Assembly (NCBI GenBank): GCA_010015585.1
Contig: ML975154.1
From: Eremomyces bilateralis CBS 781.70
Lineage: Eukaryota
Strand: one strand, 5' to 3'
DNA length: 64,000 nt
The notes below the pieces were generated by a model. That model was not told the origin of the DNA, made no database searches, and worked only from the letters and a program-made list of their open reading frames with translations. Positions 13,640 to 26,690 of the stretch are shown here, in pieces. The translations under genes and the position numbers were made by a program. The stretch's first letter is position 1, and each line of letters starts with the position of its first letter.

Positions 13640-16600
13640 ATGGCGCCCTTGGTTTTCCGTCAGGAGGACCACTCCAGACCAAGACTCCAAACCGGAGCAA
13701 TTGCAGGAATCGCTGTCGTAGGGAGTGTTGTCTTTCTGCTAATCCTTGGGTTGCTTTTCCTACTTCTGAGGGCGGTGAGGGCGCACCGAAAGTTACTAGA
13801 AGACCTAGAAACGAGGGGCATCAGTATCACGCGACCGAACGTGCGCCGAACGGCAGAAGACTTCAACCCAGGGAAACCCTCGGTTCTGATGAAGCATGCT
13901 TTCATCCCTTATGGAGCTGCAGATGGGTGGAGGGAGTTGCACTCTCGAGAGGATGTCAAGGGCCCGATGGAGGCTCACGGTGAAGGTCTGGTTTCCCCGA
14001 CTACGATGGGAAGATCCAACTGGAGACGGATTCCTTGGCCCTTCTCAAGACGCGGACCAAACGGGGGTGCGCCAACGCAGCATGACATGGAGTTGGACGC
14101 AGCTTGTTTGCCGGTCATCACTGGGGGGCCGCGTGCGCCACTGGAAACCTTCTCTTTGGTCATCCCCGAGCCACTTCTGGATGGCCAGCCAACAGTAAGA
14201 GCAGCGCACACAGAAAGCGCATCTCCTGCCCCATCGCAAACTGCGGACCGGTCAGTGGAACCAGGAACGGACAGGAGTCGCCTGAGCCGGGGGCCTTTCT
14301 TGGTCTCGGATTCGACCTCTAATTTGAGACCACATCCGCTCTATATAAGGAAGAGCATGGAGCAAGTTAATACGCCGGTAACCAAGTTCCATCGGCCATT
14401 ATCAACGCCAAACATTCCTTCGACACCTTCTAGAACCGGAAGTAGCCGGGATGAGCGTGTTCCTCGGTCACAGACGCGCAGCCGATCGGTCAGTCTGGGC
14501 AGCCAAAAGTCGGGACACGCTCCATCAGGTCCAGTCCCTCCACTGCCTGCCATGGCCGCGAAAATCGATTCAAGTGCACACCCGAAGAGCTATGCCGACC
14601 GAGCCCTATCAAGAGGGTCTATGTCGAGCCTAGCGTCCGTCAGCAGCTCTGTTCTTGTGTCATTCAATAGCCCGGCACCGCAATCGGACCAAACCCCGCG
14701 ATTCAAAGAAGGCGCAAACAGAGAATGGAAGAACTCATTGATATTAGGACCGCGGCAGATTAGAGATACTTTCCAATCGTATGGCCATCTGAACAACAGT
14801 ATCTATTATATCAATCCTTCCCAAGGCTCGATTAAAAACCCAACACGACACAGTGTCGACAGTTCCGGAAAGATTTCAAGATCGAACAGTTTCAGCTCGG
14901 TGCCCTTGGGCTCAAGAACGATTCACAGTCATTCAGAATCGCGGCAACCGATGCGCCAAACTATGACGCCCTCCACTGCTTCTATCCAGCTCTTTGCTAC
15001 CCCAAAGCGCAACTCCCGCTTCCAGGTCAACGCCAATGGATCGCCAGTCCACAAACCCCCGGTTTCAATATTAAAAGATGTTGTGATGAAACAGAGGATT
15101 CCGACACGGCAATTGTCGCAGGCATCTTCCCGAAATTCCTCGGGAAGCAGCAACGGCAATCCCTTCCAGTGGGATCCATCCCCGATGCAGTCAGGCAAAC
15201 CGTCCGCCCTTCAAAGAAGCCCCAATGCGCGCAAAGGTCACAGGAGACAAAATTGCGTAAGAATATCTCTTGACACACCCACGATACTGGGTGGAAATAG
15301 TCGCTCTCTGAGCCCGGTAATGCATGGGATTCAGGAGGAAGCGTCCGAGTTCGAAGTCCCGAAGACCTGGTTTGCATCGCCAGCACCAGCATGCGCATCG
15401 AGACCACTTCCAAGTCTTCCAGATACATCCACTTGTGAACCAAGGCTAAATACGGCAACTTTGCGCACCTCACTGATGCCGAGCTCTCCTACGCTGTCTC
15501 TAGCGAACTTTTTCCAGGAGCAAAACCGACTATCCGGCCCGGCTGCGGGTTCGTCTTCGATCCGCCCGTCGCCGCAAAAGCATCTATCAAAGAGTTATAC
15601 CGCTGCAGCATCTCTGGGTACGATCCCAGCTTTCCCCAGTCCGGTGCGATCATCGCAGGCACAGAGCATTCTCACCCCGGCTCTGTCAGTGTCAAAGTCC
15701 TCAACGGAGATTACCTCTAGCACTTCTTCCCCTGATACTTCCGATTTGATATCGAAAAACTCAATCAGCCACGAGCCCCCACCTAAAATCAAGCCAAGCC
15801 CAGACAAGACGTCTCCACGACGTTGCGTAGGTCGGAAGCTGGACACCGTTCAGTTCCAAGCATTTGTTTCTACCACGCAGTCCATGAACGAGAGTAAGCT
15901 CGAAACAATGGACATACTTAACAGGAACATTTTCAATCTTGCCATTTTCGGACCCAGTCATAGAACTCGTGGGGAATCGCTGGTGGGCTCCTCACCTGCC
16001 TGTTCGCCCAAGTCGACACCACTACGGAAAGACAAGCAAGGAGTGCAAGTGCCCACGCCGCCCACAGTGGAGAAAGCGAGCGGAAATGAAGTACCTCTTC
16101 CTGGAAGTCACAGTACTGCGAGTTTGTTGCCAATAAATGACGTGCTTGGCGACCCTCCTTTGGCGCAAAGTGTCCTCGCTCTCCGACGCATGAACTCCGA
16201 CGTAAACGATCTCTGGCGCTCCGACCGACGATACCGTCGCATGAAACGCGAGGAAAGCCCGGCGCTGGAAGTGGAAAAAGCGGAACAAGATACAGGGGCC
16301 AACTGGATCGGTCCCGTCGAAATCAACGAAGGTGCCACCAACGTGGCCGCTGGCAAGGAGAGACTCCTCGAGATAAAAGAGGAAGAACCTTCCGACAACA
16401 TTCTGATAGCGAAAGACCGTGCAACCGCTCTCTCGGAACTTACTTTCCCCGATGCCTTGCGCAAAGCCACAAGCGAAGGCTCCGCCATAGAGCGACGGCT
16501 GAATCCCGCCGTTTTCGACTCCCATCGACAATCCAAACCCATCCACCGCACCATCTGGGAAGACGACAAGAGTTTCCGGCCGGGCAACCACCCACCCTCC

Positions 16601-17014
16601 GCCGATTCTGTCGCCATGCCCGTGCAATGGCTGCGGAACCCGACCAAATCCCCCCCGCACCTCCGACCCATGGCCCGGCCCTCGCTCGCAAACCGAAAGT
16701 CCTCCGCCACGCCGGCGAAGCAGCCCATCAGCCCGGATCGTCGTGAGGCAAGCAAGGAAAACCAGCCGCCTAACGCGCCGAACGCACCTGTGGGCGGGGT
16801 GAGCAAGGATTTAGAGCGGAGCGAGGTGGCGCGACGGCGGGAGAGGGATCGGATGATCAAGCCGGTGTTTCATGGCACGCCGAAGCGATCTAGCTTGATG
16901 CGAAAGAGCGCGATGTTGACGGCTCTTACTCAGATGGAGGGCGTAGAGGCAACGGAGAAGGAAGTGGGAACGCCGGGGAGTTTGTATGATAGAGAGGGGT
17001 TTCTGGTGTGCTGA
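13640..17014 (+). CDS. Uncharacterized 1124-aa protein with one N-terminal TM helix and a long Ser/Pro-rich disordered tail
   Basis: Single uninterrupted ORF. Hydrophobic GAIAGIAVVGSVVFLLILGLLFLLL followed by basic RAVRAHRK. Ends TPGSLYDREGFLVC. Confidence 0.8.
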   Translation: MAPLVFRQEDHSRPRLQTGAIAGIAVVGSVVFLLILGLLFLLLRAVRAHRKLLEDLETRGISITRPNVRRTAEDFNPGKPSVLMKHAFIPYGAADGWRELHSREDVKGPMEAHGEGLVSPTTMGRSNWRRIPWPFSRRGPNGGAPTQHDMELDAACLPVITGGPRAPLETFSLVIPEPLLDGQPTVRAAHTESASPAPSQTADRSVEPGTDRSRLSRGPFLVSDSTSNLRPHPLYIRKSMEQVNTPVTKFHRPLSTPNIPSTPSRTGSSRDERVPRSQTRSRSVSLGSQKSGHAPSGPVPPLPAMAAKIDSSAHPKSYADRALSRGSMSSLASVSSSVLVSFNSPAPQSDQTPRFKEGANREWKNSLILGPRQIRDTFQSYGHLNNSIYYINPSQGSIKNPTRHSVDSSGKISRSNSFSSVPLGSRTIHSHSESRQPMRQTMTPSTASIQLFATPKRNSRFQVNANGSPVHKPPVSILKDVVMKQRIPTRQLSQASSRNSSGSSNGNPFQWDPSPMQSGKPSALQRSPNARKGHRRQNCVRISLDTPTILGGNSRSLSPVMHGIQEEASEFEVPKTWFASPAPACASRPLPSLPDTSTCEPRLNTATLRTSLMPSSPTLSLANFFQEQNRLSGPAAGSSSIRPSPQKHLSKSYTAAASLGTIPAFPSPVRSSQAQSILTPALSVSKSSTEITSSTSSPDTSDLISKNSISHEPPPKIKPSPDKTSPRRCVGRKLDTVQFQAFVSTTQSMNESKLETMDILNRNIFNLAIFGPSHRTRGESLVGSSPACSPKSTPLRKDKQGVQVPTPPTVEKASGNEVPLPGSHSTASLLPINDVLGDPPLAQSVLALRRMNSDVNDLWRSDRRYRRMKREESPALEVEKAEQDTGANWIGPVEINEGATNVAAGKERLLEIKEEEPSDNILIAKDRATALSELTFPDALRKATSEGSAIERRLNPAVFDSHRQSKPIHRTIWEDDKSFRPGNHPPSADSVAMPVQWLRNPTKSPPHLRPMARPSLANRKSSATPAKQPISPDRREASKENQPPNAPNAPVGGVSKDLERSEVARRRERDRMIKPVFHGTPKRSSLMRKSAMLTALTQMEGVEATEKEVGTPGSLYDREGFLVC

Positions 17015-17586
17015 AGCGCTGCTGTTAGGCGATACCCAGCTCTGAGGTGCCTTGTAAACCATGGAGTGGAGGATTTCTATTTGTGACTGGTACCAGTTTC
17101 ATATAATCCTGATAATGAGGTGCAAGGGTGTTGGAGGGCGTAATGTGTAATGGTGAATGCTTGTGAAGCATTGTATTTCGGGTCTTTTGTCTGTACTACG
17201 TCTCCGATGGGTGGATGCGCATCGAGGAGGCAAGACAATACCCTACTCTTATAATACCCTTAGTATAGTGGTTAAAGCGCAATTTGAAATTGATTTGGCA
17301 ATTCCGAAATGTCTGTGCCGTCTATCGGCTATCTGAAGATAGGTCCAATTACCACTGACTGATACCCAACATACCTATATCTGGGCGACTGCTGGGTAAT
17401 CGGTGATGCTGCTTCATTATGCGGACCCCGCCTATCCACTGAGATGGATGAGCCAACATTAATTCCCAAAGGAATGATATAGGACTGTGTCAATCGACAA
17501 AATGGTGCCAGGTAATAACCGACGCCCTCTGCAAAGAAATCCGAGTGGGCCTCGAATTCCCATCCCTCGTCCCCAAGCGCATCCAC

Positions 17587-20500
17587 TCACGCCCCAAAAT
17601 CGTTTCCCCTCAAGGCACCCACCCGCCCACCAAGTCCTCCCGGCATTGGACTCGCCGCCCTGCTCCCCGAATTTGCCTGCACCCGCGGACTCCTCGGCGT
17701 CGCGGCCCTTGTCACGATGCGGTTCTGCTGGCCGCGCAGCCCTGTAATCTCCTCGTCCCTCCTCCGCACTGTCTTCATCAGCTCCTGAATTTGGAACTTT
17801 AGACCGTGGATCTCCTCGCGTTGGCTGGTCTGCTGCTGTTCCTTATTGATGGCATGGATCCGGACGCTGTTCTCGTCCGCGCGCTTCTTCAGGATCACAT
17901 TCTCGGCGGTTAGGACGTCGTTTTCATCTTTTAGTAAGGAGGCTTGGGAGCTCGCGTTGTTGTATTGGTCGCGGAGGAAGTTGAACGTGACTTCCTGACT
18001 CTGGAATCGGCTCACTGCGCTGTCGCGCTGTTCCTTGGCTTCTTGAGCCGCGATGCGGAGGGTTTCGCGGTCGACCGCATCGGTGTTGATAGAGGATAGA
18101 ACGGTATTAGATGCCTGCTGAGCGGCTTGTCGTAATTCTTGGTTCTGTTCCTGATCTCTAGCATTTCTGGCCTCGAGGTTGGCTATGCGCTTTTGAAGCC
18201 GCTCATTCTCTTGGGCCAACTGTGCGTTCTCCTTCTTTGAAATCCCATACAGCGTCCGAAGCTCTTCAACTTGGCCCTGAGACACTTCAAATGCATATTC
18301 AAGTTCCTGGTATCGTTTCGCGAGCTGGTCGGCCCCTAGAGGCTCGGACTCGAGGATAGTTGGCTTCGTGGGGAGAGGGGTTGCCAGTGACGACGGCTCG
18401 ACCACAGAATTGCTGATCCGAGTGTCGTTGTGCTCTGCCGTCTTTTCTTGTGGCTCGGTGGGTACAACTGCATTGGCCTAATCGAGCATTAGAATTGAAT
18501 TCTCTCGCATTGTGCGCAAAGGACAAGTCCATGAGTTTCGCAGGGTCCGGACTCACCATTTCAACATCATCCTGCACTTCTTGAGTTGATTTCAAGATCT
18601 TGACAGCATCATTTTCCGGGAAGGGCCACTCAGCGTCCTCGACTCCGGAGACTTCGGTGGAAGCCTGATCACTTGTTTCGATGAAGTCCAACAACCGCTC
18701 GATGACGACATCGTCCCCTCCCCAACCGCGAGGCAGCTCCCCTACTGCATATGAATAATGGATAGCAGCTCGCACGAGAGACTTGAGACTATCCAATTTG
18801 CCATAGCCGTCCGGCAAGCAGTGCTCAAGATGGTCCACACTTTGGGAGATGAGCAGAGAGACGGCGAAGAGTTGTGAACCAATCTGTTTGGACAAGTTCA
18901 GAATTTGCGTGATGGCCTTGTACTCGGCCTCAAGCTCATAGCCGAGGCAGAGGACAAATCGTAAGCTCCCCGATATATGCGCGATATATTTTCGGGCATC
19001 AAAGATGGTAATGCGGATGGGAGCGGCGTCGAAATTGGGTGGTCGCGGTTCGCCAGCGATACAAAATGCGACGCTTTGATTGCCCAACATTTCGGGCGCG
19101 GCGTCCAAAAGGAGGCGAACCATCGCAAGGGGATGATCGGGGCTCGCTACGATCCCAAAATGCATCGAAATCTCTCGGCTGGCAACTTCGGCCAGGAACA
19201 AGGCCAGAAACCCAATCTTGGTAGACGTGGCCCTATAGAACGATGCCAGGGCTACGGAATTGGTGGTCCCATCGGTGAGGTTTCGCTGCGCGTGCGTGTT
19301 TTCGAAGAGGTCGTCGTGAAATGCGATCTTCTTGCAGTCTTCCACGATTCGACCGAAGAAATTTTCCAGCTTTTGTCGTTGCTCGGGGGCCTTGGGGTCC
19401 GCATACAAGTTGGATTCGATGTCATTGATACGGTCTCGGAAATACTTTCGGTACGTGTCCTTCGGGGCGCCCCCGATTTGAAGTAGGACGTACTTGTGCA
19501 GGTCATTGACTCTTCTCAAAGTCGGCTCGGAAGACTCTTGCTCAATAGCGAGACCATGATCCACAGATTGCTCCGGGGTTGGGGTGTCAGCGACCCTTTG
19601 GTCCTGCAACTGCTTGCCGGATGTATCGACCTGGTGCTCATCTGTTGGAGGTATCGCCGACGGAGACCGTCCTGGAGTGTCCGTGGGGGGTGGCCGAAGG
19701 GATCCGGAAGACATGGTGGAATCGTCTGCTTGGTGCTCTTTTCCGCTCGACCAGCGAGTTTCGTTTGCAATGAAATGCCCTCGTTCGGTGTCGGTCGCCA
19801 CCTCTGTTGGCAGTAGATCGCTTGTGCGCTCAAGTTGGCTCGAAGACTGGTCGTTCAGACTCGGGACAAGGTGGTTCAACGCTTGCCACTCCCTGCTATC
19901 CTGGATACTGATCGAATCTATCGTAGACTGGCTATGATACGACTCCTGCGATGATTCACTGATGCAATCTCGAGACGGATTTTTCCGAGCGCTAGGTTGA
20001 GTGAACGCAAAGTCGTGGGTAAGGTAACCTGGGTCCGGGAATTGAATAGGAGAAACGCTGCGTGGAGTTCGAACTTCCGAGTTTTCTCCACTGCCCAAAT
20101 ATATAGCTTCGTCCTCTTCTGCAACGAGCCGCGAGCTGTATTGAGATGGCTGAGAAAGTTCTTTCGATCCTTGAGTAAGAGGAATGTATGAATCCGCAGA
20201 AAGTTGTGAAGATTTTCCGATCCCGTTAGAAGAGTTGACGAGTTGTGTGGCCAATGACCTGATAAATTGGGAGGTTTGTGAATGACTCGGATTCACTTGG
20301 GCCGACTCAAGTGAATGGATTCCTTTCTCTTTTGAATTTTCAGCTTCCCAAAGCTCCCGCAGCTTATCATTCACGTTGCGTTTTGGTTCCCACGTCGGCT
20401 CCCACTGAACCAGATAACATCTGTCGCTTTCGGCAAGAATCCTTTCGACTGGATACTCGTTATCGCTATTATCCGACAACTGGACCTTAGCAGAGACCTT

Positions 20501-20620
20501 CTTTCTGCGCTTCCTGGTGCTTTGTTGGTGGGTGGGTGCAATTGATATCTCCCCCTCAAAGTCTTTGCTTTCTCTCAGCCGTTTCAAGTCTACTCTTGTG
20601 CTCGACCGAGTATGTGGCAT
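17587..20620 (-). CDS. Chromodomain protein with central helical domain and C-terminal coiled coil (resembles fungal Chp1-annotated / HDA1-complex-subunit-like proteins)
   Basis: EYPVERILAESDRCYLVQWEPTWEPKRNVNDKLRELWE is chromo-like. Intron 18478-18556 (GTGAGT...CTAAT...TAG) joins the 794-aa and 272-aa ORFs. Long heptad-rich tail. Start chosen at MPHTRSS. Confidence 0.7.
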
Positions 20621-21705
20621 TATGAGGCCATAATTCAAGGCACTCTGAACTGCTCCTAAATTTGTTAAAGCGGGGAAATGCAAGGGGTCGTAGATGATGA
20701 ACTAGCTAACGACGAGAAATCTTATAGTGTTACTAGTCGGTATTATCAAAAAGATCTGGCACCAAGTGAAGCTCAGAAGTGAAACTTAAGTGATAGGAGG
20801 TTGATGATGACAGCGACCGGAAGATGATTGGGTGATGTTGGTGCCTTGGTGGGCGATGGTAGGTCACGTGCCACCCATCCATATGTCCATGTCCAGGGGC
20901 AACCGGTCACGCCAGTCGCTGAGAACCATGGAACTGATCGGTCTCAACAACGACAAATTTCAGGTCTTTGCTGGGGAGAATGGCGCGGATACCTGGATAA
21001 CTACTACCAATTCCCCTTCGGCCTGGGGCGCTCGGAATGTGACCTGTCTCATCGCCAATGTCTTGGACGATCAGTGAGACGCTAGAAATAGCACAGAAAG
21101 CCAAAATGCATGGCTGAGCGGGCTTTTACTACCAAGGACTAAGGAGAGTGGACCTTCAATGTCATTCATGTCATGAATTCCAGGCGAAACCTAAATTCTC
21201 CCAATGTGAGGTGTGTCAATGAAGGCCGTGAGACAGGTCAAGTTCTGGAATATCGGATGTGTCTTGAGACAGTATAACCTATCACATCGTAATTCTGGAT
21301 TTAACGAGACCACCTATCAGATCTAGACATCCTCCTTCCAATAGGCAATATATTAGCTGTGGTTACTACTACCGTGTGAACTCCTGGCTAGGTATAGACG
21401 TATAGTTCGCCCTCCCGAGTGAGCTAAATTGATAATCCGGATGGATGAGAATCATGAGAATGAGATGGTGGGAGAGATGCACGTGACTTCGCGTTGAAAT
21501 AGGCGCGTTCAGCTCCTGTCGTCAGCCGAAGAGTTTCAGGTGCTGCGACGCGACGGCCGACACTCCGACAATGGAAGACCCACTGTGGCGGTTCATTGTC
21601 GATAAATGATAACTCCGCCATTTGATCCACATCCGCGTCGACACTCCACTCCATGCGACAACAGCACTAACTTACCAAATATCGACACGTTCGTTACCCA
21701 GTAGC

Positions 21706-24700
21706 ATGGCAAGTTCTTTAGGTCCAAATCCATCTGTCGAAGATATTGAGGATGAAATCATCCTGCTGGATAGCCTTCTCGAATCGCTCGAATCGGGATC
21801 AATCGATTACGACCGACTCCAGTGGAAATACGAGAAAGAACGACAAGAGCTGTTGAATTTGCTATCCGAAACAGAGAACCAAGATGCAGAAAGTAAGTCT
21901 AAATGCAAGATAATGCGCATTGTTTTAACTAATTCCACCTCAAGTAGGCAATCCTCGGGCCACTGCATCGCCACACCCGCCCAGCACAGAGCAAACATCC
22001 AGGAAACGCTCGCTAGATGACGACGACCGCTCTATACCCGGTGCCTACCCGGTCTCGAAATCAAGAAGAACGTCTGGAGGTAGCTCAGGAGCGAATTCGC
22101 CGACTTCGGTAGATTCGTTGGGGTCTATTCCTGGTCTTCGACAACCTGGAACTCCAGGCAGCCAGCGGGCACTGCAGCGGCAACGAGACCGCTTCGAGTC
22201 TGCGGAGAAAGGTAGGCTTCAAAGACGGCTTGATGAGGAGTTTGCAAAAAGTCTACAATCGGAGGATATCAGGGCGAGGAATGGCGGGGACTCTCATCCA
22301 GGCGCAACCACAACCCCGGGTCCTCATATGGCCATACAAGATTGGGCTCGCCCTCCGCCTCGCTCCTTTGATGACCCCTTCACCGATCTTATGGAGCTTC
22401 CTAATAGGCAAGGGCAGACGGATCGCAACACATATCTCAACGTTTACCCCCCTCCACCACCCCCACAAGACACCCCGTTTATCCGTACATCCGGAGGATT
22501 CATGAATCCCTCGGATGCGATACACACCCTTGTGAATCGAGCACCCTCCTTAAAGCAAGAGAATCCCTGGGCGCAATATCCGAATGCAGCTTCAAGCTCT
22601 CGTAACGACCCACCATGGCCTCCACCAGACTACGATCCTTATGGCCGCGGCATGCTCCCTTGGCAGCGCGAGATTCACGATGACCTCTACGGAGCCGCGC
22701 AGGTCAATTCTGCAGAAGAGCAGAAGCATCTCCAAAGCCTCATGGGAAACATCGAGTCGATTGATGATGTTCCTATTCATGATCGAGATCAGACCCCGAG
22801 GGAGATGGACTGCACGCTCTACGAACACCAGAAGATCGGGTTATTCTGGCTGAGGAAAATGGAAACGGGTTCGAATAAAGGCGGGATCCTTGCTGATGAC
22901 ATGGGTTTGGGGAAAACGATTCAAATCATCGCTCTCATGGTGACCCGACCCTCGGATGATCCAGCACAGAAGACCAATCTTATCGTGGCGCCTGTCGCCC
23001 TGCTAGAGCAATGGAAAGGTGAAATCGAGCGTCTCGTCAAACGTCGGTTTCGGCTTAGTATCTTCATCCACCATGGTCAAAGTCGTGCGAAGAGTTTCGA
23101 AACTCTTCGGTCCTATGATGTTGTGCTGACCACCTACGGCCAATTGACCGAAGACCGGAAGCGGTTGCTGCTACGGCAAAAGGCCCTCGAAAACAACCCA
23201 CGAGTGAAGCTTACCCCCCAGGCCACCCCAGTCCTGATGGGTCCTAACTGCAAATGGTATCGAATTGTTCTGGACGAAGCGCAAAATATCAAGAATAAAG
23301 ATACGAAGGCGTCAATTGCCGCCTCGGAGCTTCGCGCACGGTATCGTTTCTGCGTCACTGGAACTCCAATGATGAACCGGGTCTCCGAGGCATACAGCTT
23401 GATTCGGTTTCTGCGAATTCCTCCCTATGACCAGTGGAATAGCTTTAAACTTGCCTTTCACTCCAAGCTGCAGTTGGGAAATTGGGACAGCACTGTCATG
23501 GAACGATTTCAAGCCGTCCTCCGAGCCATGCTGTTGAGAAGGACCAAAAAGACCAAGATTGATGGAAGGCCGATCGACGAGACCCTCCCGGACCGGGTGA
23601 TCCATACCGACCACTTTGTGTTCCGAGATGATGAAAAGGAGTTCTACAAGAATGTGGAGACGCATAACAAGGAAAAATTTCAGGGCTATATGGACCGAGG
23701 CGAGGTGGAGTCCAATTATATGGCCATCCTGGTCTTGCTCTTGAGGTTGCGTCAAGCCTGCTGCCACCCGCTGTTGATTAAGGACTTGAGTTTCGAGCCT
23801 GCCACCGATCTCTCGGAGGAAGACTTGGCGACATTCGCGGCGAAGTTGACACCAGAAGCAGTTCAGCGAGTAAAAAATTCTAACGGCAACTTCATTTGGT
23901 GTGTACTACCCCTGATAGCAATGCGAGACATGACACTAACCAGATGAAAAGTCCAATCTGTCTAGATGCGACGCGCAACCCAGCTCTTCTTGTCCCGTGT
24001 GGCCATGAAATGTGTTCCGATTGTCTCTCGAAGTTCGTCGCAGATTCCAACAGCACGGATGATGAGGATGTGAACGTACTGTGTCCACAATGTAGAATCA
24101 GCTTCAATCCGAAACAAGTGACAGACTACGGCGCCTTCCTGAAGGAGTATATGCCGGAAGAACCTCCTCAAGACACCGCTGCGCCGATTGGTTCAGACGA
24201 TGACGACTCTGATGAGAGCGATGATGAGTCGGGGACGAACAGCTTGGACGGGTTCATCGTGCCTGACGACGAAGATGACGGAGATATTGACGAGGAAGCG
24301 AAAGGGCGCAAAAATAAGGGAAAGAGCAAGAAGAAGGGAAAGTCGAGGGCTTCGAAGAAGAAGCTCAGGGACATGACGCTCGGAGAGCTTGCCAAGGAAT
24401 CCCGCCGCAACGCACGAGCCAAGTCGAAGTACATCCGCCGGCTTCGCAAGATGTGGCGGACCAGCTCCAAAATCGAGAAGACGCTGGAGATCTTGACGGA
24501 AACCTACCAGAAAGACCCCACGGAGAAGACGATTATCTTCTCTCAGTGGACGAGTCTTCTCGACCTGTTGGAGATCCCCCTCAAGGATCACGGCTACCGA
24601 TACCTGCGATATGATGGAGGGATGACCTCCACGGAGCGAGCGACTACCATTTCCAAATTTATGCGACGGGACGATTGCAACGTCATCCTCGTCTCGCTCA

Positions 24701-25051
24701 AGGCTGGTAATGCCGGGCTCAACCTGACGCGGGCCAGTCAAGTCATCATTCTCGATCCGTTCTGGAACCCGTTCATCGAGGAGCAGGCCATCGACCGTGC
24801 CCATCGGATTGGGCAGAGGCGGGTGGTTCATGTCCACCGACTCCTGGTGCAGGAGTCCGTAGAGGACCGCATCATCGAGGTGCAGGAGCAGAAGAGGGAA
24901 CAAATCAACGCCGCGCTGGATGAGAGAGCAGCGAGCAAGATTCCACGGCTCGGAAGACGGGAGCTAGCGTACATCTTCGTAAGTCATAGACGGCTCTGTT
25001 CTCGCCCATTACATGCTAACCGTCTTTCAGGGTGTCACTGATGGAATTTGA
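21706..25051 (+). CDS. SNF2-family helicase with inserted RING finger (Uls1/Ris1/Rad16-like)
   Basis: GGILADDMGLGKT, IVLDEAQ, TGTPMMN, LLRLRQACCHP, RING CPICLD...PCGHEMCSDC...CPQCR, SLKAGNAGLNLT and QAIDRAHRIGQ. Introns near 21893-21945, 23899-23951 and 24979-25030. Confidence 0.92.
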
Positions 25052-26690
25052 GTCAGCGTCCCATTCCCATAAAGCTCTCTCTCGGAGCAGGGTTTGTGGG
25101 CAGCTGTGTTTTCGGCCAGTCATGGGGATAGCAATCGCATTATGTGGGAAACGATAGAGATGATACATGTCCTCCCGTAGAGCAATACAGTCATGTTGCA
25201 TGCCACACAGCCAGCGTAAATGAAGTCTCACCGTGTGTCATGCTGCCCAACAATTGCCTCTGTCACTAGATTCTCTTATCATCATTCCCATCCATGTTAG
25301 AGGAACTCATCGCAGTGTACGGTAGGCATAAGAACACAGCGCAAGCCTTATATGAGATACTAGAGGCGCATCATCAATCCTCGAGAGAAGCCAGTTGAAG
25401 GGATTGCTGATGGGTCGGCCCCTTGACTGAACTCACTGAGTACCCCAGGTGGATAGGGGTAGACATGAACTTTGCTCTCAAAGGGCCGCTGCCATCCACA
25501 GCAAGTGTCCTATAAATATACAATGGAGAGGACGGGTTTCGAACGTGGGTAGATGTGTGTTGTAGGCAGATGTGTGATGGGGTTGCAGGGCTCCATTACA
25601 TGCAGTTGAGTAGGCATGTGTTAGGAGGTGAATTACCCTCCCTAACCTGATGATTTAATTATGCAGTATATAATTCATTTAAGCAGAGGGGTTTCCAACG
25701 GGATGGTGGAGTGGTGCAAGTGAGAGCGAAATGCCTTCTTAATAGATTTCATAGAGCGTTAATAACACTACACGTGTCGTGTTGCGCTCGCCAGTATACT
25801 CAACGTATTCCCCAGTTCCAACAAACCTTGATGATATCTGCTGTCCAGTAGGTTTGGTAGTGTGTCACCCCTAGCAATGGCTAGCTGCTGCCCCTCGACT
25901 GGAATGTAGTGAAATGAGAGGTTTCCCAATGGCAGGCGGCGCCTTTGGATTTTGCCATTTATTAGTCCTGGGTTCAATCCTTGCTTCAGCCGTTCCTTTT
26001 CATTTCCTTTATCAATCGGTTAGACAAGTCTCATGATATAGAATAGCCTTTGAGTTAGAAAAGTTATAGCTATTATTGCTTTACCTACGAACTATGATGT
26101 AATTTCTCTAGATTATGGAAAGACTAGTTATAGTACTGGTTCAAGGGTTATCAGGGTAGATGAAATTGATGATATAATGCTCCTGATACTCCGTCAGCCT
26201 ACATAATGGTTGAGATACACCAATCTCGTACACTAAGACGAATGCAATGTACATCATATCTTGATCGCTCTATAGAGGCGAATAAAGAATGAAACAGGTA
26301 ACAGGAGATTTTGAAGCACTGGGGGAATGCTTCAGGGTCGTTTAGGGAAGATGAGTTTGACAGCACGGAACCGACAAAGTCCTCCTCAATCATAAGTGTG
26401 TAGACGGAGACTCAGATCAATTGCCTAATTAAAAGGAGCATAAAACCGATTTCAAATCCCGGGGTATGCTTCGATGCTAAAATTTCATCGGTGGCCAATG
26501 CCCAATATATCTTCACGGCCGGGGGAGCACTGCAACAGTCACAAGGAAAAGGAAGGCTACCTTCGTTTGTAGAACAAATTTGTTCTGGAACAAGATCAAT
26601 GACGAGCGCAGCGTTTGAAAGGTGAATGGAATAAATCCAGAGGTGTGCGCTTAAGACCCGAAGTCGGTTCGACCTGCCACCACCCGCCTT

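Noticed and set aside
17255..17320. TAGTATAGTGGTTA resembles a tRNA D-arm/A-box
   Set aside because: No T-arm (GTTCRA with a 5-bp stem) or matching acceptor stem follows, so no cloverleaf can be drawn.
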